A stretch of DNA of 64,000 nt from Klebsormidium nitens (GCA_000708835.1 DF237101.1:89516-153515); one strand, 5' to 3'; shown: positions 37,801 to 50,059, numbered from the stretch's first letter. Translations and numbers: made by a program. Notes: generated by a model from the letters alone, not told the origin.

Positions 37801-39171
37801 TCTTAGGCGTCCGCTTCAACGTGCTCATACTGTTTTTGATCAGGCTTTCGAGGCGCATCTAAAAGGCGTAAAGGTTGCATTTACAGAAGAGCACCATAAG
37901 AGCTGGGCAGTCAACGAAGTATCATCAACGTACCTCAGTCCATATTCTCTCTTCCTGAGGTTGCGCACTTCTGTTCCTTTCAAATTCGAATCTCACGTCA
38001 CTGAAACACCTACTCGGGAAACGATCTCCGCCTCCCTCGACTACTCCTGAATTTTAGCAGCAAAAGGGTCCGTTTGCTGTATGCCGCTTGATCACAAGCA
38101 CGGCTCCGTACCCTTGACATCACGTGACAGCAGTGACGTCACAATGACGTGATTGTCAACCTTCTTCTGTGCAGCGTCGCGCTGATGCTCCAGCCCGCCT
38201 GGACGTGGGGCCCCGTCGGCCTGATCGAGCTCTACGCGGGCGCATTCCGGGCCGTCGAGAACGGATTTCACCTGTTCCGCTGCGGATCCTCGGGGTACTC
38301 GGCTGCGGTGTCGCCTTTGTACGATTTCGAGTTTGTGAGGTGAGCATGAGCTCCGTTCCCCGCTCCTGGACGAGCGTGTCGAGTACTAGATTTATGAGTC
38401 CTTTGCTCAAGCAGGTGTTGACATTGAATGTCATCTGTAAACGTCGTTATGATCTCTTCATGGGGATTGGATTTCAAGAGGGGGCGTCTTCTGACATTGC
38501 AGGTTGTCGTGGCTCTTTAAAATGTGGCTAATCTTGTCAGAGGTCACTCATGGTGTTTTATGCGTACGGTCTTTCTTCCCAGAGCACAGTTGTTTTTCGC
38601 TGGACCTCATGAGTCCTCTCGTTCACTATGTCAACGAGAAACACTTGCGAGAGCATGGCATTCAGAACTTAAACTTGCTTCCTGTAAGAGCACAGAGCTG
38701 GGACTTGAATCCACCGCGTTCGTTAACCTGATCGCCACTTTCTTCGGCGAAGCTTCAGACTTTCACGTTATCGGCATTGGTTTTCCCTCCCCTTGGCGGA
38801 CTCTGTCCTTGGATTTTGAGCTTCGCAGCACGTACATGAGGACATTGTATTGAAGATATCCTCAGCACTTTTGATCGCTTCGTCGCAGGGAGACGCTGAC
38901 GAACGGGACCATCACCGCGCAACTACCGATTTTGCCGCACGTGCCAACATTTTATGCTTCGTATGGTTTTGTTCTTGAGTACGTTTGTGTAATCTTAGGA
39001 GCGTTCGTTTACTTGCTAGCGGTTCTACCTAGGAGTGCCATCGGTAGAGTGTCAAAGTATTGGCCGGCTCAGCTAAGGGAGTCTTTGTTTGGGCCTGAGC
39101 TCGACTTCGATAATTCAGTGGAGAGTCGCGGCGCCTCAGAGGGAAGCTCGGCATACACCTCTTTACAATAA
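34880..39171 (+). CDS. Apolipoprotein N-acyltransferase-like protein (N-terminal multi-TM domain plus carbon-nitrogen hydrolase domain), 4 exons, about 677 aa
   Basis: Exons 34880-35834, 36552-37182, 38175-38339, 38889-39171, in phase. Hydrophobic N-half with AWLEPVFF and AYSQ...ASFWGMSGITFLM; catalytic triad E (ILWSETA), K (YNKTHTVP), C (AICFDFRFP); RAVENG motif; C-terminal TM after TFYASYG. Confidence 0.88.
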
Positions 39172-40384
39172 GCCGATATACTTCCGGATAAGCGCAACTC
39201 CGTTGCGCTCTCGCAAGTGAGCACATATTGCCACACGTTGAGTTGTGAGACAAGTATACGATGGCGGACACTGACCTGTGCCTACTAGATTACTGGTGCT
39301 GACCTTGATTGGGGAAAGGGAGCTGCGGTAAGTTCGTTCAGTACAGGCCTTCCTAGCAGCTCTGCATAAATGGGGTGCCTAGTGGCACCGTTTGCTTGCA
39401 ACTGGAAAGAACAAACACTCCTCGCTCCCTCAAGCCATGCCTCCACGTCGTGGGACGCTGCGTCCAAATCGGGCCCGAGCTAGGAAAAATCGCAGTACGC
39501 CTTGAGTCCCCGTAGCACAGCTAGCATGACAAATAACCCCTTTTTTCTTACACATGTGCAATTCACATATCTCGGGGGCTTCAAAGCCAGTTGATGATTG
39601 AGACCTCTGATGGCAGAATGGATTCAGATTATCAATGGCCTCGACTAAAATTAGAAAGAAAGCCCCTTGCATGGAATGGATTACATGCAGGCCGGGCCCG
39701 CGTATGGATGATCCGCGGCAATCATTGCCTTGAACTTTCCCAAATAGCCAGTGGCTCATAGGTAGTGGATGAAACTTGTCGGAAAGCACATGCAGACTGA
39801 GACCGAGCCGCCTATAGAAGTATTATTAACAACTAATGACGTTCTGGTACGTGAACCTGCACGAGTTGCACGCGCGCGAGCCAAGTGCAACCCACTGGTA
39901 CATGATCTAGCCCTATAAATGGACCCCGGAATCTGATGCACGAAAAATTGAGTGCTTCAAAAGTTGGGGGAGAGTCCAATATTTTGATTCACAATGGTCC
40001 GGGTCCCATGATCCTTACATCATAGATCGAGGTAGAGCGATCCAGCTTGAAAACATACGATCGATCGTGGAAGTGTAATACCAGCATATCATCAACAAGA
40101 AGCATGCATGTATGGTCACTTCTTTTTATACACGCTTAGGCACCTGGGCCCATGGCGCAGAAACAAGCAATTTCGGAGGTCGGGCTTCATCAAAAAATGT
40201 TTCTATAGCTAGTTACCAGCAGTTACTAATGGCAACAAAGCAACATGACTAACATGACATGCTACCTCATCATGGCGTAACTACTGGGTATAGAAGTCAC
40301 TTAGCAATACCCGGTAGCAATATCAATCGGAGGCAAAGGGTTTATCAGAAGTGTCTCTAAGTGAATGCTAGTTTCTACGGCAAG

Positions 40385-40975
40385 CTAGTAGTTTCCCTTC
40401 TTCTCCCCGCCCTTGTTGGCCTGCGGCAAGTTCTGGAGCAGCAGCTGGAGCGCCTGCATAATGGGAGCAGGCACTGCGGACGCCAAGGCTTGCGCCGCGG
40501 CTGCGCGCCCCCCATCTAGCGCCGCATGCCCCGTGGCGGCAGTAGCCGCCTGGACCGCCCGAGTTGCGGAGGCTCTAACCCCCACCCCAAATGTGTTCGC
40601 CCCAGCAGCGAATCCGCTCCCCCCGCCTCCCGCCGTGCGCTGAGCTGAACCTCTCGACAACAAGTCCAAGACGCGCCAGCTTCTCCGCGTAGTCCCCAAG
40701 AAAACGCTCCTCGGCGCAGAGGCTTCCCATGTCGGGGAAACACATGGCCCACGTTTTGAGCGGCAGACCAACGCGCGACATTGGCCGCCAGTGCTGCGTG
40801 AGCACTTCAAGGACGGCGCTCGCAACTTTGCCAGCCTCCATCATGACATCCTTGACGTCACGCTGGAGATCAGGGAGCGGGCGGCCGACCGGGGTGCTCT
40901 GGACAATCAGCATAAGCTCGGGGGGATGTATCTTCGAGCGTATGTATGTATCCATCAATATTTCAGGGCACGGCT
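40385..40975 (-). pseudogene. Frameshifted coding-like fragment of unknown family in relic-looking DNA
   Basis: Two GC-rich protein-like ORFs (40958-40575 and 40825-40385) appear to switch frame in a G-run near 40620 with no GT-AG intron. No further exons were found. Confidence 0.35.
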
Positions 40976-41662
40976 ATAGAGTTACAGGGCAAGGCTATAG
41001 AGATACGCGCGGATTGCATACTAAGCCGCCAGGCTTGCAGCTAGATTTCCGATTACTGTCATTTGCATATGCATTACGCGCCGGATGACGCGCCTCACCA
41101 CGCGCCCATGGCCTCACGTGCCAGCTGCAAATAAGGCCCGAAGCCTCATGCCTGCAGGCATTGAACCATGCCAGGTTGCCGGGTTGCTCAGGCTAGCATG
41201 GATATACTTCTAGCTTATTACGATGCCGTAGCATGATTTGGGCGGGGATATATGACGGAGTAATTCAATCTCCGCGGTGGTCCGACGATATATGCATAAG
41301 AGATTATCTGCCACTGTACATATGCATGCTGTGCATGCATATACATGAGGTCTGAACCATGTGAAGAAATCAATCAATAGATGGTTATTGAACTAAAGTA
41401 TCATGTGAATCATGTCATTTCGTCTAAGTTCGAAATGTGCGCAGCCCTAGCTGGGCCAGATCGATATACTGTCCAAACAGACCAGATCCGACCCGTATAG
41501 GTCAGGCAAATATTCAACCACGTCGTTGAGACAGATCAAATCGTGGGGCGTATGGCCATGGCCCACAACGATTGCAAGTCACCTCTTGGTCAACATTTGG
41601 CGTGAGTCCAGCCTGAATACAAAAGCACAAACTATACTTGATCAGCTGGCAAACCCAACTAT

Positions 41663-43054
41663 TTAGGAGTCCTCATTGAATGCCACTAGCTTTTTTGGAA
41701 GCTCAATGCTGACCCTGATCCTTGGATTTGCATATTGGAATCGAAGGATACGAGCTATCAGAGTCCCAGACAGTTCGAAGTCCTCAAACCCAGAGTCTGC
41801 AAAAATAATCATTCTATTCAACTTTTTGCTATTCTTAGCAAGAGCCTCCACAATCTCAAAGCAATCTGGTGATTCCTCATCTACATAGTACAAGATCTTC
41901 CAGAGGTTTACAAAAACTGTCTCCTCTAACATCTGCAAGATTTGCTGACCCGCGTCCTCCTCAGAATCAGTGCCAAAGCCACAGGCAGCCGCAAAACTAG
42001 CAGGGAAACTGAGTGTCTCAAGCTCCGAGATGTGCTTGAAGAAGTTTTCCGCAGTTGCTGGAGAGATATGCTCGTCATTGTCCAAAAGGGGTATCGTCAA
42101 ATTCCTCAAGGACTGTGGCCTGGTATGCTTGAGAAAGCCTGTGAATTCACTCCAGGGAAGCGTCCTCGCAATGTCAAAACTAGGGGGCCACTGATCAAGT
42201 TGCAAATGTAAGACTTCAATGTCAGCTTTGCTGCCTAGGTCTAGAAGCAGATCGGTCTTTGAATTTTCCAATCTAAGCTCTTTCAAAGGGGCATCCTTGA
42301 CAGTCAAGGAGTTTTGCAAATCGCCGATGCTCAACTCCTGTAGAGCAGGCGTTTCCAAGGAGATATCTGAGAAGCCTTCTGCTGGTTTGTCGACCCAGCT
42401 TGTGAAGACATTCAGTGAAACATTCTCGAGCGTACTGCTTTGGATCTGAACCTGTGTTACGCCAGTCAGTCCCTCGAGGTTGAGGTGCTTCAACGTCGGG
42501 CAAAGGCCTACTAGCTTTGTTACAGAGTCATTGGTCATTTTAACATTTTCTAGGTGGAGTTTCTCAAGTGCTTTGAAGCCTCCTCGACATCCCGCCAAGG
42601 CTTCTGCTCCAAGAGTATGCGTCTCTGGCCCTGTGAGATGCAAGTGCGACAAGTTCAGGCAGCGAGAAGCAGCCTTCAACCGCGGGCCCGCCTCTTTCAA
42701 CCCCTCACCATCCAAAATGACCAACTTTTTCACTGATTGACTTGCAGCAGCGATCCAGAAGAGCACGCTTGTCTCGTCAAAACACCAATCGCTCTTGGCA
42801 ACAAGCTTCAAAGACTTCAGCGCTCCTTTGGCGCCCCGAGCCAGCAGGAGTGCAATTTCTACATCGCGGCCTGATACATCAGGCAGAGCCGGAGTATTGT
42901 AATCAATTACGATGTCTTCCATCTGTAAGACTAGCGCCCTGAATCGTCGGCATGCTGCTGCTCCTCGAAGAAAGTCTGGAGCATCTGGAAGCTTAGAAAA
43001 GATCTTCACCAGGGCATCGTCGAGCCAATCAAAAACGTTGTCGCTCCTCATCAT
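41663..43054 (-). CDS. F-box/LRR (RNI-like) protein, intronless, 463 aa
   Basis: Single open frame. N-terminal F-box (FDWLDDALVKIFSKLP...AAACRRFRALV) followed by LxxLxL repeats (LEKLHLENV, CPTLKHLNLEGL, PALQELSI). Confidence 0.9.
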   Translation of the reverse strand: MMRSDNVFDWLDDALVKIFSKLPDAPDFLRGAAACRRFRALVLQMEDIVIDYNTPALPDVSGRDVEIALLLARGAKGALKSLKLVAKSDWCFDETSVLFWIAAASQSVKKLVILDGEGLKEAGPRLKAASRCLNLSHLHLTGPETHTLGAEALAGCRGGFKALEKLHLENVKMTNDSVTKLVGLCPTLKHLNLEGLTGVTQVQIQSSTLENVSLNVFTSWVDKPAEGFSDISLETPALQELSIGDLQNSLTVKDAPLKELRLENSKTDLLLDLGSKADIEVLHLQLDQWPPSFDIARTLPWSEFTGFLKHTRPQSLRNLTIPLLDNDEHISPATAENFFKHISELETLSFPASFAAACGFGTDSEEDAGQQILQMLEETVFVNLWKILYYVDEESPDCFEIVEALAKNSKKLNRMIIFADSGFEDFELSGTLIARILRFQYANPRIRVSIELPKKLVAFNEDS

Positions 43055-44255
43055 TGTCTAGCTTGGTGCGAGCGATTACATTCAAAGATTTCCTATCTCT
43101 GATCCAATCACCGTTGTGCGCAAAGCAACTCAGGAAACGCTCACTTGCAGAGCCTCAAACGAGGGACCGCTCCGAAGCAGTGGTGGCTAAAACTGTGCAT
43201 TGCATTGCACGGAACACTGAAGGGTTCTACCTAGGTACTTCGTAGATCTCAAACCGGTATGTAGGTAGCCGGTTCGACTTCACCGGGTAGAAGGAATTTG
43301 ACGTCCACAGAGAACCGGCACGAGGCGGGGGCTTCGATTCCGAGCGCCAGCTATACATACAGCTAGTGTCACACCAAAAACCGGTCCCGTTACAACTGCT
43401 GATAGAGCCTCCCGGCTGTACCCGGTTCAAATCGCATTAAGCATTAGCAATTGAAGGTCCTTCTCAGTCTGTTCCCATCCTACAACCTAGGTACCTCAAA
43501 CCAAAAATGTCAGGAAAGCGTTTGTGGATCCAGAAGACGCTGCAGCGACGATTGCAGTAGCCAGTACCACTCTTATGGGACCGCTTCGCATCATGTTGCT
43601 GATCCGCCACTAGTAGAACATTCTGAGCGCAAGTTGAGGAAGTCAGTTGGCTCAAGGCCGATGCATCATGTGGTGAAGTACAAGCTGGCACAGCAGACGG
43701 AGATGTACCTTCAGGAGTCCCCCGGGAGTTGAAGCAGTTGTCAGCTTTGAATAAGCCAAATCCAGCTGCCAAAGTGGGGCGCATCTTGCCTAATGATTCA
43801 CAGGCGTCATCATGTTGAGGGGAGCTTTCAAGCTGGGCCCAATGAGCTACAGCGCAGCTTTCAGATCCTCTTGGCCGAGCAACCACCCTGGTGCTAGGAT
43901 AGATGCGGTTGCAGGTCGTTCGGGGAACGCGGTGCTCGAACTCTCGCTTGCTGTATGGTGGCAGCTTTGCAAGCGATGGGAGACTCTTTCGCACTCACAT
44001 TCACAGCTGGTTTTGGCACGTCCCCTAGCGTCCGCAGCTCTCCCTCTTGACCACACCCTAACTGATCCACCTAACAACCCCACTCTCTCTAGTGAGGGCA
44101 ATGTCTCCACCTCTTCCAACACCTTTTCGATAGCAGCAATAAGCCCCTTCAGCGATCAAAAGTTTCTCGCGTCTCGTTCTTTGGGAAGCACAGCAGAGCG
44201 GTCGAGCTGGTGGCGCCCTCGCGAGCCCCCCCTTGAAGAAACTAGTGGGAAACCA

Positions 44256-47200
44256 ATGGAGCCACTGCCAGTGTGGACTGACGCGTCGTACTTTGGGAAT
44301 GATGGTCTTCCTCCTCCTCCAAAGCTGATGGCCAGCCAACTAGCGTGTATTCGTGGGGGCGAGGTGATCTTCAGAGACATCAATCTGAGCCTCCACAGCG
44401 GGAGTGCAGTAAATATGACGGGGCCAAATGGGAGCGGGAAGACTTCGATGCTGCGGGTGGTAAGTCTGCAGCATCGTCGATTGTATTTCGAAAGGCTGTG
44501 GAAAGGTGTGTCTTGTCTAGCTTTTTCTTAGCAGAGGCACCAGTCCATTGAATGGACTGCAGACTGTATACAGTGGCACCTTCCTTTACCATCTTCTATA
44601 GAGTAATCTGGCACGTCGTAGTCTATCTGTTCATCAAAAGCTACTTTTCCTAGTACTTTTAGAGCAACGTTCTTTACGACGCAAGCTCAGATGACTACCA
44701 CCGCTGCAAATCGCGAGTGTGTACTGACTCAGCAGAAAGACCCTTCACGTTTTGCAGCTAACTCCATGGACCGAAATTTCTTGTGCTTATTAACTTTGTA
44801 CGAGCCTTGCAAAACCCCTTGCCGTCTCTGCAGCTGGCAGGATTCATCCCACCAAGCGCAGGGAGACTGCTGTACGAGGGGGTGGATCTCAAGTCGGACA
44901 CTGTCATTGAATGTGAGTGAACTGCAGAGAAGCGTTGATTTGCTGCTTGAGTCGTTCCGGGGGTGTGCCTAGAAATCCATGATGTTTCGCTGCAAGACAG
45001 TATGTTTTTCAGCTCCGTTTCATTGATCTTATGTAGAGGGTACTGGGAGATTGTTCTGCACTCGTTGTGATCGATTAGCATCATGCTTTCGATGAACGCC
45101 TGATAGAAATGAGCCTGCCGTTTCCGATTTCAGAGGAACGGCTGTGCAGAGCGAACACATTGGTATCTACTTGTCCTGCCTGACTTCGAAGTCATTGTAA
45201 GCAATGGTAAGCTGTGGCTTAACGAGCCTGCTAAAGCGCTACAATAGCACACAGATTTGAGAGCCTTGTCCTCTGTGTTTTGTATTCTCTTTCCAACCAA
45301 GCATGTCGCCTTAAGCGACTCAGCTACTAGCTTTCTCTTTCAGCATCTCCCTACTTACTGTTTGATGAAGTTTGTTCAGTGGTATTTCGGATCGTGTACA
45401 CCTCAAACTTGGCATCAATTTGGCGATTTTCTCTTTTGGCAATTCGCACTTCGACTGCGAAAGCATGCCCCGACTTTGACTCCTTCTGTGTACAAGCTCC
45501 GACCGCAAACGCAAGCCTCAAGGTTGACACCACTCGTGCAGTGTGCGAATCCCAACTGCGAATGCAAAGCCCCAACAGTGACGCCATTCATGCCGAGTTC
45601 GAGCTCCGGCTGTGAACGCAAAAGCCTCAACAGTGACACCAGTCGTGCAGTGTACAAGCTCCTGCTGCGATTGCAAGCCTTGACGTTTGACACCATCCGT
45701 GCAGTGTACATGCGCGAGATCAACATCATGTTCGGCAAGGACGCCATCAAGCCGCGCTTGTCGGTCCACCAGAACGTCCACTTTTGGGCCACGTACGCGG
45801 GGCGCCCCGACCGCACCGACTGGGCGCTCGATAGAGTGGGGCTGGGACAGTGCGCACAGGACGTGGCTGCGATACTCTCCATGGGTCAGGTGAGAAGTTC
45901 GTTTTTTCTTCTTCGTACTTTTGCCTTCGTTAATGAACATCGTGAGGTAGTATTGAGTGAATTTGGCTGGGGTTTTTCGAAGGGCAACAGAGGTGCTTCA
46001 TCACCTTCTCTTCTTTTCACTGTGTCGACCCTTGTCGTTCAAAAGAACGTCAATCCTGACGTGCTACAGAAAAGGATCGTGGAGCGTAGAGCTTCATCGA
46101 CCGCCCGTGACATCTAAACGGAGCCTGTGTGGATCCTTGTGGTTTGGTTTTGTAGCACATCAGTAGGTCTCTGGTTCGTGTTCCCAGAATGACTTTCGTT
46201 AGGCTACTGTCGGTTTTCCTTACGCCCCTTTATTATTGCCCCCGGCGTCATCTCTTTATAGATTTTCCTGTCCACCAATGTCAGAGCTTGAATCTTTTGT
46301 CCTGGGTTTTCTCCGGAGTCATGCACAAAGATCTGGTCGCGGTGCTCCTAACGGGACGCACGAAGAAGCGTTCGTTTTTTTGGATCTGTCTCGAGGCGTG
46401 CTCAGAGATTGCCCTTCTGTCCCCTTCTTTGCTGCCTCTTTTCCGTCCTTTTCTTCTCGTGCCCATGTTTGTACTCGCTCCCTCTTTCAAGTCGCTCGGA
46501 CTACTCCTCTTCTCGACCAGACGCTCCTGTTGTAGTCTAGCTTCCTTCACCGAAATAAAATGCATGAAGTGCCACAGATTTCCCTTCACGAGGTCCTCAG
46601 GCGGTTGCTGCCAGTACTGTCACCTAGTCGGGTGTCACGTCGCTTTCCTGAGAGTTGACTTCAGGCAAACTTCAGTGATTCTTTATCAAGTGAATGGCAG
46701 CCCAGAGAACAGTAGGCTTTTTGGGTTCATGGGAAATCTGACCCAAAAGATGACGTGCTCCGCACCTGTACCCATCAAAACCTCCTAGCTAAACCAACCC
46801 GTCCTACTTACCCCTCACTGGGCTTACTATTCACTAAAATGAGTGGGATCAATCTTTGTGCGTTTGCAGCGGCGGCGGTTACAATTGGCGCGGCTGCTGA
46901 CTCTGCCCCGTCAGATCTGGTTGCTAGACGAACCGTCCGTTGGATTAGATACAGAGGTGAGAAGAACAAAGGCTCAGCAGCCCAAAACTTTCGTTGACAA
47001 ACTCGCTTTTCGGGTTCCTGTCGTGTTCCTGACAATCTGCATCCTCTTACTTTTCAGTGACGGGCGTCGAGTGTAGAAAGTAAAGCCTAAGATCAGTTGG
47101 CGTCGTTCTTTCCTCTCTTCATTGTGACTCTTGCAAGCGCTGAATGTGACACCGTAGGTTTGAAGATGTGTTCCCTTTGGTTCCATGGCGTCGTTCGAGT

Positions 47201-48952
47201 CACTTCATGAGCCCACCTCTAGAATTGTTGAATTGCTGAATTGCCGAGGCGTCGCTCAGTATCCTGCTCACTCCTGTACTACCTTTTCCAGAAAGGCTGC
47301 CTTTGCTCAAAGGCGTTTAGGCCAGGTTTCTTTTCTGGCGTTCGGAAGTTATTCTCAACCGATACTTAGAGGGCGTCTAAACTCGGTAGCTACGTGTGTT
47401 TTCAGGCTGAACAAACCGCAGTCCAAACAGTCAGCAAGATTTGCTTTCAGGCCGTCCAAAATTCGACTGATCACGTAGCAAAGTCTGCTTTCGGCTTCCA
47501 AATCTGCGACCCAATACCTCACAACATTTCCTTGAGGGCGTCCAACCACCGTCTGAATATCTAGGATGATTCTCTCTCAGAGCGTTCGAACCTCTGTCTG
47601 GTTACCCGTCCGCACTTCCGTCCGAAAACCTAGGTACCTACGCTTGCTTTCAGGCCGTCTGATTCTCTGTCTGAAATTCTAGCAACGTTCGCGTTGAGGA
47701 TGTCCGTCGGTTCGAACATCGGGCGACCCATGTTCTCAGGGCGGTGGACTTTGTTCCAACGCCGGGGTAGGAATGTTTGCTGTCCAAACGCCCGATCATC
47801 AAGCACCAATCGCTGTGAAGCCGAACCTCCGTCCAATCACCTAGCAACATTCGCATTCAGGCCGTCCGACTTGCCGTCCAAATGCTTCTTTTCAGGGCGT
47901 CCGAATCTTGGAGCAGCTGATCCACGAGCACCGGCTGCGGGGGGGCATCGTGTGCGTGGCAACGCACCTCCCAGTGCGCATGGAGAACGCTCTCCATCTG
48001 CGCTTCCCGGCCAGGTGAGCCCGCTGTAAAAGCGCGCGAAAAATGCCCTCCCAACTTTCGTTATCTTCAACGCCGAAATTTCTTTCTCATTGCGCATGGA
48101 GAACGCGCTCCACCTACGCTTCCCGGCCAGGTGAGCCGCTCCTAAGGTGCCCGTGAGATGTCCTCCCGATCTCATCAACATTTTTGCGGATCACCGCCGA
48201 GACTGCTCTCCTAGGGGAACGCGGAATATCTGCCCTTCCCGGCGTTATAAAACCTGCTACGGGATTGCCCTTCCGACCACGGTGCTCTGAGAAACGGCGT
48301 TCGAAAAAGCAGATCTGCCTGCGCTTCTCAGACAGGTGAGCCGCTGTAAAAGCGCCCGGGAGATGCCCTTCCAATCGTCATATTTCTTGGGCAGTCACCG
48401 GCGAATCGCTGTCCCTCGGCCAGGTGCGACTGCTGCACTGCCCGGGTATGATTCTCAAGACCTCTGGGCAGAGAGAGCACGATCGTGGGCCTATGGAGGT
48501 TCCTTCAGATCACGATGCGACCTTTCTCTGCGTGCTGTTTCAAAGATCGTTCGCCGGGATCTCCTTTCAGAACGCTGGACCCCATCCTTCGGGAAAGGGT
48601 TTTGTCCAAACACCCAACTTGTATGCAAGTCGTTGCCTTCTTCTCTACCCTGGTCTCAATCAATCGAACGGGACGCAAGCGCTGAGCTTCGTCCTTAAGC
48701 TTTGTCTATACCCGTTGATCCGCGAAAGCCTCGAGTTCTTCAGCTTTGTGCGTCGTGGGTCAAGGGCTCAGGACGAGGTTTGCGCTCAATGTTGAAGGAA
48801 CGTTTTTTTCGCGTCTTCTCGTTTGGCTCTATCATCTTTCAGGGGATTACTTTAGGCACGTTTCGCTGAAAAGGATTCTGTTGCCGACTAACACAGCACC
48901 TTGACTTTGTAGATCCGCGCGGCTAAAGAGCGTGACGTGGGACGACCTTTGA
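44256..48952 (+). CDS. ccmA: Cytochrome c maturation ABC ATPase CcmA (plant ABCI1 type), 6 exons, about 237 aa
   Basis: Exons 44256-44459, 44834-44912, 45705-45889, 46870-46956, 47896-48014, 48913-48952, in phase. Walker A GPNGSGKT, signature LSMGQRRR, Walker B/D-loop WLLDEPSVGLD, H-loop VATHLP. The start could lie further upstream, because the frame is open from 43812. Confidence 0.92.
45485..45712 (+). repeat. Four degenerate tandem units of about 55 bp ending at the ccmA exon 3 acceptor
   Basis: Recurring ...GCAA(A)GCC(T/C)...TGAC(A/G)CCA...CGTGCAG|TGTACA. Confidence 0.8.
47975..48450 (+). repeat. Tandem units of about 110-116 bp duplicating the ccmA exon 5 end and donor
   Basis: 47975-48021 is repeated at 48091-48137 with 44 of 47 bases identical; more degenerate CAG|GTGAGCCGCTG copies follow near 48333 and 48420. 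Confidence 0.85.
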
Positions 48953-50059
48953 TAAAAGCGACTGCAAAGCCTTCCGAAGGATCAAGAACGCGCTCGCTTC
49001 GATCATGGGAAAATGTGTTGTCGTAGCAAGTTCTCCCGACGTTCAGAGACTGAGTGGATTACGATTGTCTTAACATTGGTCAAACATTCAGTCAACAAGG
49101 GACACGATGCTAGAGCCACTGTGCCAGCGAGATTTGAATGAGCACAAGTGTCAATGCGCGGTTGGAGCCTGATGCAGTGCGCCCTCCATTCTGCATCCGC
49201 CTTAACATTCGGGCAACTTCAAATGTCAAAGTCGACTGAAAACAAGCCACAGCTGCGACGGTGGCGTATATAGACACCGCGTATTCGATTGCAACTATAT
49301 AGTTAGTTCATAGGGCATCATATGTTTTCACGATCCTGCAATAGTGGATCGATGCAAGTGACGGCGAAGTCAACATAGCTAGGCAGCATTGATCGTGAGA
49401 ATTGTACTGAACAGGTTATCCGAAAATCCTATATGCATATCTCACTGCAAAACCATTTTTCTACGGCCTTTTGGCAGCGAGACCACATGCGCGGCCGCCC
49501 GGGCAAAGCTAGTCATTTTAGCTAGCATGAGAAGTTAGATTGAGCCGCGCTGGCATACAAGCAGCACGCAGAATTTTGCAGGCGGCATCGCCAGAGCCTG
49601 GTGCGAGTGACTGTTTGAGTGCTGGTACGCATTAATGTATTAGAGCAACGGTGCAGTGCCTTCGTTGCAGCTAGCACATTGAATTGTCGCTTGCACTAGA
49701 TTATGTTCAGGGACAAAAGCCGACCACGGAACTTCCGACGGGCTGCCATGGCGCAAAAGTAACCGCACAGACGTTGCAAACACACCTGCTGCAAACACAG
49801 CTCCTTCAGTTGGTTTCTATCAGCTACGATTAGACTCGGGCTTCGATGGTTAGCCGCCGAATTTGTTGTACATGCGTTTGGCGCCTTTTAGCTTAGTCTA
49901 CACATGACATCGCAACCTGACTGGGCACCATCAGCGGCGCTAGACCTTGACCCTTGTACCTTCCCGCCCCCTAAAAATATCCCCATGACTTGTGTGCAGA
50001 GTGTTCCTCGACCTCTTTACAACAGACACGACCTCGAGACGAGGTTCCGCATCCCGTGC

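Noticed and set aside
43484-47639. Shared 13-mer AACCTAGGTACCT at 43484 and 47627
   Set aside because: Dozens of 13-mer coincidences are expected by chance in 64 kb.
49485-49515. Helitron-like 3' end (GC-rich run followed by CTAG|T)
   Set aside because: The stem is poor, and I found no matching 5' TC end or second copy.
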